This document shows, piece by piece, positions 1 to 7,252 of a stretch of 32,000 bases of DNA. The number at the start of each line of letters is the position of its first letter. Within the stretch, counting starts at the first letter, position 1. Both the position numbers and the translations under genes were made by a program. Origin of the DNA: Acaryochloris thomasi RCC1774 (lineage in GTDB: Bacteria; Cyanobacteriota; Cyanobacteriia; Thermosynechococcales; Thermosynechococcaceae); assembly GCF_003231495.1 (NCBI RefSeq), contig NZ_PQWO01000010.1:30001-62000 (forward strand). The letters are read 5' to 3'. A model generated the notes under the pieces. It was not told where the DNA came from, searched no databases, and saw nothing but the letters and a program-made list of their open reading frames with translations.

Positions 1-1684
1 ATGGGGCAATAGAAAAATCATTGAGACAACGCTCAGTAGAAGCTCGATCTCGAAGAGTAATATGATTAGAAAGCCTAAAGATTTCAGAAACAACCTGCAT
101 ATAAATTGGTTGTGACAATGGTCCAAGACCACATCCTTCAATCCTGGCAATTGAATTATATTTTGCACTTTGGATAAAAGCATAAAGGATATGATTGAGA
201 GGCTCAATATCCATTAAAGGGCCGCCGCCAACAACCATCTCATCAACTTCTGCGCAAACGCTATCAAAGTTCTGAGTATAAGTTTCGACAATAGTAATTT
301 CACCAAGCTCCATTTCTTTTATTGTCCATTGAGATATAAATGGGAAGAGACTGGAGAGATAGATTGTCTTAGGAGGAATAGATCGAGTTCGGAGATTTCG
401 AACGATAGTCGATAATATAGCCTTATCGCCTACAGTTTCAGTTCCATACCAACCAAGAATTAATACTTTTTGAGAGTTTAAGTTAGAAAAATCATAACTA
501 AGGGATTCAATCTTAGAATATTTTATTGACTTGCTAATAAGAAGATCACATTTATATTTGTTTTTCCTAATACGAGAAAATATTTTCTCGTTCAATAATT
601 CATTTATAGTCAAAGACTCATGGTAGTCATGAATACAAGAGGAACAATCATTCTCGATAATCGCCTCCCTTGTTCTTAGATTCTGAAAATAGATATTTGA
701 TGCAGATTCGTTTAAAGAATTACCAAGGACTGGAGATTTAGGGGAGCAATATAGTAAATCGCCTGATGAGGCTAAAACTACGGCATTTGATTGATAAGGA
801 CATCCAATTTGTCTTGGCTTACCCTCCGTTAGCATTTTCCTTATATTCCTATATGTCTTTTTGTAAATTTCATCTGTTTCAAAAGCATGCTCTAGACGGA
901 AGAAAAAAAGACCTAGATGATAGGAAGTAACATCATCAAATGCTCTTATAAATTGAGATTGCTCAGCGTTATATAATCTATCTATAAATTCTGCTACTCT
1001 AAAACGTCCATATATTCCTTTTGATATCGCATAGTCGAGAAGTTCATCAACATATAGTGCATTTGAAGCTGAAATAGTACATCCAAAGGATGTATTTATT
1101 CCTGTTTCATTATGAAAAAAATCTAAGAGAGAAGTAGCAGTATTAAAATTGCCCTTACGACCTCGTACCACATCATGTATTTCACTGATGCCATCTAAAG
1201 ATATCATCAAGTTGAAATCAACATCATATGAATTACAAACTTCGGCACAGTCTAAAACTTTCTGTCTAACTGAATTTTCTATGATTCCATTAGTAATTAA
1301 TCCAGCACCTAAAATCTTTGGTTTCTTAGTACAAATTACTTCAAAAATCTCAGAAAGATCAGACCTCAGGGTCGGCTCACCACCACTCACACCAATGTAT
1401 TTTATATCACTAAATAATGGGTCTAGTAATACTATACTTAGTTCAGAAGGGCTGATCTCCTTGCTTTTTTTGTTTTTCCATATCAAGCACATCTGGCAGC
1501 GAGAATTACATGTATCATTGACCAATAGATTTACGACTGTTGGCTTAGGAGGTACTATCTTTCTTAGTTTTTTAAATCGGAGGTCCCTATAAGCAGACAT
1601 CACAAAGGGTTTAATCTTATTCAGTCTTTCCCTGTAAATCTTTGGGATTAAGCGTTTAGCATAGCTTTTGATATGATTTTTCAT
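1..1684 (-). CDS. Radical SAM protein (CX3CX2C plus twitch/SPASM-like Cys motif) fused to a polysaccharide pyruvyl transferase domain. The C-terminus lies beyond the left window edge.
   Basis: Absent from the supplied ORF track because there is no stop inside the window. I translated the minus strand from the ATG (reverse complement of cat at 1682-1684). The frame stays open for 561 codons down to position 2. Sequence: MKNHIKSYAKRL..VNLLVNDTCNSRCQMCLIW..YIGVSGGEPTLR..CPYQSNAVVLASSGDLLYC..CSSCIHD..KVLILGWYGTETVGDKAILSTIV..MVVGGGPLMD. I checked positions 481-661 triplet by triplet and found no stop at the domain junction. The + ORF at 1149..1592 is its antisense shadow. Confidence 0.8.
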   Translation of the reverse strand, partial: MKNHIKSYAKRLIPKIYRERLNKIKPFVMSAYRDLRFKKLRKIVPPKPTVVNLLVNDTCNSRCQMCLIWKNKKSKEISPSELSIVLLDPLFSDIKYIGVSGGEPTLRSDLSEIFEVICTKKPKILGAGLITNGIIENSVRQKVLDCAEVCNSYDVDFNLMISLDGISEIHDVVRGRKGNFNTATSLLDFFHNETGINTSFGCTISASNALYVDELLDYAISKGIYGRFRVAEFIDRLYNAEQSQFIRAFDDVTSYHLGLFFFRLEHAFETDEIYKKTYRNIRKMLTEGKPRQIGCPYQSNAVVLASSGDLLYCSPKSPVLGNSLNESASNIYFQNLRTREAIIENDCSSCIHDYHESLTINELLNEKIFSRIRKNKYKCDLLISKSIKYSKIESLSYDFSNLNSQKVLILGWYGTETVGDKAILSTIVRNLRTRSIPPKTIYLSSLFPFISQWTIKEMELGEITIVETYTQNFDSVCAEVDEMVVGGGPLMDIEPLNHILYAFIQSAKYNSIARIEGCGLGPLSQPIYMQVVSEIFRLSNHITLRDRASTERCLNDFSIAP

Positions 1685-1711
1685 CACTGACAATTATCTA
1701 TATATAGAGCA

Positions 1712-2488
1712 TTAGATGTAATTAAAATACTTTAGTAAAGTAGCAGCCTCTTCTAATATGAAATCTTCATCCTCACTGGAAAAGTGATTTTTCCAATCGC
1801 CACTTATCCCTTTTCTTACAAATATTGTTGATTTTTCTTCTGCATTTAAATCTTTAAACGGACGTCCTCTCTCGGCTTCAATTCTCTGCATTCTTTCGAA
1901 GGAAGAAGATTTTACAGCAGCCTTGATTTCCTCTTCGTTAAATCTATCTTTCCACAAAATACTTGCAAGCTTAGATACTTCTAAACAAGGATTTTTTAGT
2001 AAATCCTCATACCTAATTATTGAGATAATATTCGACGCATTAATCCATGAGTTGACGTGATCATGCCATCGACTCGGGAAAATATCTTGCTTTCTAATAA
2101 ATTTCGAGAATGTCATATCTAACATTAATTTTTTTCGTAAATAGTGATAATAGGAGACATATACATCTCTCGCGTCTCTCACAAGGTATATTACTTTAGG
2201 ATAGTTTTTGTTAAATAAATGATGACTTTTTATTATTCTTGGCCTTGATAAATTCTCAAGGATTTTACTATGCACACCAATCTCGGGAATGACTGAGATA
2301 GAGGTGTGAAAATCAATATCATCCTCTGTCTCAGTTATTAAATTTGCGATGATAAACCGAAGCCATGTATTCCCTGACTTTGGATAAGAGACTAGAAATG
2401 TATCATCAGGAAAAATTACTTCTTTAGCCCCCCCACCCCTAAATATTCGTGCCTTTACTTTTTTTGCAAACATAATTAAATTCTTCAA
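1712..2488 (-). CDS. PAPS-dependent sulfotransferase (Sulfotransfer_1-like)
   Basis: 258 aa. The 5'-PSB loop is YPKSGNTWLRF, the 3'-PB motif is RDARDVYVSYYH, and the C-terminal RKGISGDWKNHFS is typical of this family. It lies 27 nt upstream of the rSAM fusion gene and 3 nt downstream of wzt. Confidence 0.85.
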   Translation of the reverse strand: MKNLIMFAKKVKARIFRGGGAKEVIFPDDTFLVSYPKSGNTWLRFIIANLITETEDDIDFHTSISVIPEIGVHSKILENLSRPRIIKSHHLFNKNYPKVIYLVRDARDVYVSYYHYLRKKLMLDMTFSKFIRKQDIFPSRWHDHVNSWINASNIISIIRYEDLLKNPCLEVSKLASILWKDRFNEEEIKAAVKSSSFERMQRIEAERGRPFKDLNAEEKSTIFVRKGISGDWKNHFSSEDEDFILEEAATLLKYFNYI

Positions 2489-2491
2489 AAA

Positions 2492-3778
2492 TCATTTTTT
2501 GTTGTATGTTTTCCAGCTCGCCTGCGAACGAATTAGACCTTCATTCTTTCCTCTTGCATTATCATTTATGCTAATATCTGCAATCTCTAGATATAATACA
2601 CTGTCGATACTTATAAAATTTTTTACCCCTCTCATGCCAGCGTTGATTTTTAGTGAAAATTGTCCGGAATTCAGAAAATTTCCTGGAATTTTACATCGAC
2701 TTACATAACGTCCTGGGCATCGAGATGCACCTATCTCTTCGCCATAAACATCATAGGTATCAAATAGTTTGACCCCACTAAAAGTGTTGACAGTTACTCC
2801 AATCCTGTAAGAGGTAATATCCTTTAATAGATCGTACTCTATTTCAATATAAAAATCAGATCTTGGATCGATATGTGAAGTGATTTTCCCTTGATTGTTT
2901 ACAATGCGGATAGCTTTCAATAAAAATTCATTTACATTTAGATTGGCTATACCTTTTTTCCATATTTTTTCGCCTTTCTTAGTTGCATTAGAGCTTAAAT
3001 ATTGTGCAACAATATGCTCTGCATTATCGTTTGCACGGAGCGTTCCATTCTCAATCCAAAAGGCACTTTGACAAAGTTGAGTCACAGCTCCCATATTATG
3101 GCTGACGAACAAGACAGTTCGCCCCTTATTTGTGGCGATATCTTCCATTTTACCTAAACATTTATTTTGGAAAGCAATGTCTCCAACAGCTAAGACTTCA
3201 TCAACGACAAGAATTTCTGGTTCCAAATGTGCAGCGACAGCAAAGGCTAATCTGACATACATGCCACTCGAATATCGTTTTACTGGGGTATCTAAAAACT
3301 TTTCAACCTCAGCAAAATCAACGATCTCTTCAAATTTACGTTTAATTTCAAATCTGCTCATCCCCAAAATAGCACCATTCAGATAGATATTTTCTCTACC
3401 AGTCAGTTCTGGATGAAAGCCCGTACCCACTTCTAATAAACTAGCAACTCTCCCATTAATAAAGATCCGCCCAGTGGTCGGTTCAGTAATACGGCTAAGG
3501 ACCTTTAGAAGAGTCGATTTTCCAGCACCATTCCTGCCAATAATGCCAACGCGATCGCCTTGTTTAATCTCAAACGAGACATCGCTCAATGCCCAGAAAT
3601 CTTCTTTCGTAGGCCCCTCACCACTGTTGTTGCTCAGTGGATTAATATATCTTCCAACGGCTTTAGCCCTATCCGCCAATACATCCCGTAGGGCCTTGTA
3701 TTGCGATTGCTCTGCCTGCTTATAACCAATAATGTATTTCTTACCTAGATTCTCAGCCTTGATAACAGTCTCAGACAT
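2492..3778 (-). CDS. wzt: Polysaccharide/O-antigen ABC exporter ATP-binding subunit (Wzt/TagH/KpsT type) with a C-terminal extension of about 180 aa
   Basis: 428 aa. Walker A is GRNGAGKSTLLK, the ABC signature is YSSGMYVRLAFAVA, and Walker B is ILVVDEVLAVGD. Residues from about 250 to 428 form an extra non-NBD domain, comparable to the Wzt C-terminal glycan-binding domains. Confidence 0.85.
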   Translation of the reverse strand: MSETVIKAENLGKKYIIGYKQAEQSQYKALRDVLADRAKAVGRYINPLSNNSGEGPTKEDFWALSDVSFEIKQGDRVGIIGRNGAGKSTLLKVLSRITEPTTGRIFINGRVASLLEVGTGFHPELTGRENIYLNGAILGMSRFEIKRKFEEIVDFAEVEKFLDTPVKRYSSGMYVRLAFAVAAHLEPEILVVDEVLAVGDIAFQNKCLGKMEDIATNKGRTVLFVSHNMGAVTQLCQSAFWIENGTLRANDNAEHIVAQYLSSNATKKGEKIWKKGIANLNVNEFLLKAIRIVNNQGKITSHIDPRSDFYIEIEYDLLKDITSYRIGVTVNTFSGVKLFDTYDVYGEEIGASRCPGRYVSRCKIPGNFLNSGQFSLKINAGMRGVKNFISIDSVLYLEIADISINDNARGKNEGLIRSQASWKTYNKK

Positions 3779-3788
3779 AACTCACCTC

Positions 3789-4625
3789 TCAAATTACATC
3801 TGCAAATGTGCGTTCCATTCGGCGGAAATACCAGATACCACTCCCCAACAGAAACAGTACTAGCCCTAATGACAACGCAAAACCTAAACCATAGAGTTGT
3901 GTCTCGTGGCCTAAGATAGACCAACGAAAACCGTCGATAACCCCGACCATTGGGTTAAGAAAGTAGAGCAACCGCCATCTCTCGGGCACAATGCTACTGC
4001 TAAAACCAACTGGAGAGATATAGAGTCCAAACTGGACAACAAACGGCACGATGTATCGAAAATCTCGATACTGAACATTAAGTGCAGCCAACCACAATCC
4101 AACCCCCATCGCTGCAGCAAAGGCAATCATAATAAACAGCGGCAGTACTAAAATGCGCCAACTGGGTACAAAGTTATACCAGGCCATTAATCCCACCATA
4201 ATCATCCCCGAGATCAAAAAATCCACAAAGCTGACAATTACAGCGCTGGTGGGAATAATTAAGCGAGGGAAATATACCTTCGACAGCAAGTTAGAATTCG
4301 AGATCAGACTATTGCTGCATTCTGTCAGTGCATTTGCGAAAAACTGCCAAGGTAACATTGCGGCAAAAACTAGAATGGGATAAGGCACTCCCTCAGATGG
4401 GAGTTTAGCCAAATTACCAAAGACAACGGTAAACACCATCATTGTCAAGAATGGCCGAATTAAAGCCCAAGCAATACCAATTACTGTTTGTTTATAGCGC
4501 ACCAAAACATCACGCCATGCGAGGAAATAGAACAGCTCTCGATATCGCCATAAGTCTTGCCAGTACTGGCGTTCAGTACGTCCAGCTTCAATAATTAATT
4601 CTGGCGGATGTTGCTGTTTGCGCAT
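3789..4625 (-). CDS. wzm: ABC-2 type polysaccharide exporter permease (Wzm/TagG/KpsM type)
   Basis: 278 aa and polytopic. The N-terminal YRELFYFLAWRDVLVRYKQTVIGIAWALIRP is typical of ABC-2 permeases. It sits 10 nt upstream of wzt on the same strand. Confidence 0.85.
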   Translation of the reverse strand: MRKQQHPPELIIEAGRTERQYWQDLWRYRELFYFLAWRDVLVRYKQTVIGIAWALIRPFLTMMVFTVVFGNLAKLPSEGVPYPILVFAAMLPWQFFANALTECSNSLISNSNLLSKVYFPRLIIPTSAVIVSFVDFLISGMIMVGLMAWYNFVPSWRILVLPLFIMIAFAAAMGVGLWLAALNVQYRDFRYIVPFVVQFGLYISPVGFSSSIVPERWRLLYFLNPMVGVIDGFRWSILGHETQLYGLGFALSLGLVLFLLGSGIWYFRRMERTFADVI

Positions 4626-4935
4626 TAAAGAACCGTATGTTAAACAGCGGGTGGCTCATCCATAACATACCCATACTGAGGCATTTTTTGTCAGAGCAAG
4701 ACAGAGCAGCAGCATTTCAGTAATAGTGAGGAACAAGTATATACGGTCTTACCCCCCTGTCCCCTTCAATCAGATACAAGCAGTAGAGTCTCACCATTTT
4801 TTATGAAGCAACGACAAAGATATGGCTACATACCCCCTTTTATCTCGTAAGGCTCACTAATCTGTGTCTTACAGCAAGATGTCTCTTTCTATGAAACCTA
4901 GGGAAAAACATCAATATTTTTGATCCTGTCTCTCT

Positions 4936-5760
4936 ATGAGTGATACAAAGCAAGATAACCACAGAAAGCATCATTTACTGGGTGTTCTATTAAATATCAC
5001 AAGTTATGAGGACGCTTGCGATCGCATCTCGAACTGGGCACTGACCAAACAATCCTGCTACATCATTGCAGCAAACGTTCACGTCGTAATGACGGCTTAC
5101 TGGAATTCCGCCTATCGACAAGTCGTGAATCACGCGGCAATGGTTACCCCCGATGGAATGCCCTTAGTTTTGGCACTGCGCTGGTTAGGCTGGCCTCAGG
5201 CCACCAGAGTCTATGGCCCAGATTTAATGCTGCACTGCTGTCAGCGGGCGGCTCAAGATAAACTACCCATCTATTTGTATGGCGGGACAAATGCCATGCT
5301 GAAAAAGCTACAGCAAAATCTTGTGCTGCGCTTTCCAGAATTAAAAATTGTAGGGGCATACTCCCCTCCCTTCCGAGACCTAACCTTAGAAGAAGAGCAG
5401 CAAAGTCTTGAGCAAATCCATCAAAGTGGTGCAGCTATTGTCTTTGTCGCCCTCGGCTGTCCCAAACAAGAGCTATGGATGGCAAGACAGCAGGGTCAAC
5501 TAGACGCCGTCATGATTGGTGTAGGCGCAGCCTTTGGTTTTCATAGCGGCGAAGTGAGTCAAGCTCCACGATGGATGATGGCACTCAGTTTAGAATGGCT
5601 ATATCGTTTAATGACTGAACCTAAGCGTCTCTGGAAACGCTATCTCATAAACAATCCAGCCTTCGTTTTGTTACTGAGTCGAGAACTTCTTCGGCATACC
5701 TTGAAGCAAGATCAAACTTCCGCAGTGTCCCAAGCCAATGATCGCGACATCGCTGGGTAG
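4936..5760 (+). CDS. WecG/TagA/CpsF family (GT26) glycosyltransferase, a probable ManNAc-type transferase
   Basis: 274 aa. Family hallmarks are MVTPDGMPLVLALRWLG, IYLYGG and FVALGCPKQELWM. It is transcribed divergently from wzm across a 310-bp gap. Confidence 0.8.
   Translation: MSDTKQDNHRKHHLLGVLLNITSYEDACDRISNWALTKQSCYIIAANVHVVMTAYWNSAYRQVVNHAAMVTPDGMPLVLALRWLGWPQATRVYGPDLMLHCCQRAAQDKLPIYLYGGTNAMLKKLQQNLVLRFPELKIVGAYSPPFRDLTLEEEQQSLEQIHQSGAAIVFVALGCPKQELWMARQQGQLDAVMIGVGAAFGFHSGEVSQAPRWMMALSLEWLYRLMTEPKRLWKRYLINNPAFVLLLSRELLRHTLKQDQTSAVSQANDRDIAG
5018..5025. repeat. HIP1 (GCGATCGC), one representative of 12 dispersed copies
   Basis: Copies I found by eye are at 3551, 5018, 6198, 6366, 6724, 7110, 8582, 19085, 19291, 22447, 25976 and 29903 (start coordinates). 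This octameric palindrome is highly over-represented in many cyanobacterial genomes. Confidence 0.85.
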
Positions 5761-5796
5761 GATAGGCATAGTGGTTTATCATGTCTCATCCTTAGC

Positions 5797-7245
5797 TTGC
5801 TTGCTGTGCACCAACCCACCCCAAAAACACCGCTTCACGAGGATATTCGAGCGATTCGTTCAGCTAACCCTGGACGCAAAAGTTTACAGCAACGGCTAAA
5901 TATGGGCGTGCTCGTAGCTGTAGATTTAGCGGCTCTTGGCTGCGCTTGGAGAATTGCAGCACAACTCAATAAGCTTTACTCTCCTATTCCCTCTCAACTT
6001 GTATGGTGGAACTTCCTAGGGCTACCAAGCTTGTTTTGGGTCTTTTCTGGGATAACTCTAGTAATTTTGTTTAGTGGTGGACTTTACAGCCGCGCCATCG
6101 CCTGGAAAGACTATGTGCGCTCTGCCCAATTGGTCAGCCTCGCCTACCTGTTGGCTCTAGTCGTCAGTTACTTCTATGACCCAAAGCTGGATGCCCCGCG
6201 ATCGCTCTTTTTCAGTGCCTGGTTCCTGAGCGTTACTTTCATCATCGGGTTTAGACTCCTCTCCACCCTTTTGCTCCAGCAGCTTGAGCAGAGACAGCCC
6301 ACAGTAGCTCTATTCCTAATTGCTCCTGCTGAGCGCTTGCCGCGTCTCTCCAAATTGCTAGAGCAGCGATCGCACTACCACATTGTCGGTGCCGCCCTTG
6401 CCTCCACTGCCAGCGCGAACGCAACTCTCAATTCCATCCTCAGATCTAAAGCCCAGGAAGTCATCGTCGCAGAACTACCGCCAACGGAACTTGCCTCTAC
6501 CCTCTATTGGCAACTCCGGCGCTTAGGAATAACCCTCCGCCTGATACCATCCAGCGTAGAAGTGCTGCATCGTCGCGGTATCTCCGAAATTTTTGCCGGA
6601 ATGCCCACCCTGCGAGCCGCGCCGCCGATGCTTCTAGGGCTAGACTACCGGACTAAACGAGCTATTGATATGGTTGCTGCCGCCTGCGGGTTGTTGGTGC
6701 TGGCTCCTTTTTTAATTGGAGTTGCGATCGCAATTAAAACAACCTCTCCCGGCTCCGTTTTTTACCGGCAAGAGCGCGTCGGACTCCACGGCAAAGTCTT
6801 TCAGATGTGGAAATTTCGCACAATGGTAGCGAACGCTGCTATGCTTCAGGCCAAACTAGAAGCACAGAACGAATCACAGGACGGGATTCTATTCAAGATA
6901 AAAGATGACCCGCGCATGACTAAGATTGGTAGCTTTCTACGCCGGACCAGCATCGACGAACTGCCTCAACTTATTAATGTATTAGTCGGACAAATGAGTT
7001 TAGTGGGACCACGCCCATTACCCATTCGAGATGTTGAGCGTTTTAACTCATGGCATCATATTCGGCATCAGGTCGTTCCCGGCATAACTGGGCTGTGGCA
7101 AATCTCAGGGCGATCGCACATCGACGACTTTGACCAAGCCGCCCGCCTCGATCTCTACTACATCGACAACTGGACGCTGAATCTAGACTTTGAAATCCTG
7201 GTTGAAACCGTTCGGATTGTTCTGTTTGCCAGTGGTGCCTATTAG
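5797..7245 (+). CDS. Polyprenyl-phosphate glycosylphosphotransferase (WbaP-like, Bac_transf domain), the initiating enzyme for Und-P-linked glycans
   Basis: 482 aa with N-terminal TM helices. The C-terminal domain reads KRAIDMVAAACGLLVLAPF..SPGSVFYRQERVGLHGKVFQMWKFRTM..DELPQLINVLVGQMSLVGPRP. The track start is TTG at 5797. An in-frame ATG at 5902 is an alternative start. Confidence 0.85.
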   Translation: MLAVHQPTPKTPLHEDIRAIRSANPGRKSLQQRLNMGVLVAVDLAALGCAWRIAAQLNKLYSPIPSQLVWWNFLGLPSLFWVFSGITLVILFSGGLYSRAIAWKDYVRSAQLVSLAYLLALVVSYFYDPKLDAPRSLFFSAWFLSVTFIIGFRLLSTLLLQQLEQRQPTVALFLIAPAERLPRLSKLLEQRSHYHIVGAALASTASANATLNSILRSKAQEVIVAELPPTELASTLYWQLRRLGITLRLIPSSVEVLHRRGISEIFAGMPTLRAAPPMLLGLDYRTKRAIDMVAAACGLLVLAPFLIGVAIAIKTTSPGSVFYRQERVGLHGKVFQMWKFRTMVANAAMLQAKLEAQNESQDGILFKIKDDPRMTKIGSFLRRTSIDELPQLINVLVGQMSLVGPRPLPIRDVERFNSWHHIRHQVVPGITGLWQISGRSHIDDFDQAARLDLYYIDNWTLNLDFEILVETVRIVLFASGAY

Positions 7246-7252
7246 AGCAAGC

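Noticed and set aside
1149-1592. 147-aa + strand ORF in the supplied track
   Set aside because: It lies entirely antisense to the long minus-strand rSAM/pyruvyl-transferase ORF, which has strong motifs. Its own translation is low-complexity with no motif, so it is a shadow ORF.
2499-3725. Three + strand ORFs (2499..2708, 3132..3386, 3474..3725)
   Set aside because: All are antisense to the well-supported wzt gene and have no recognisable motifs or ribosome-binding sites.
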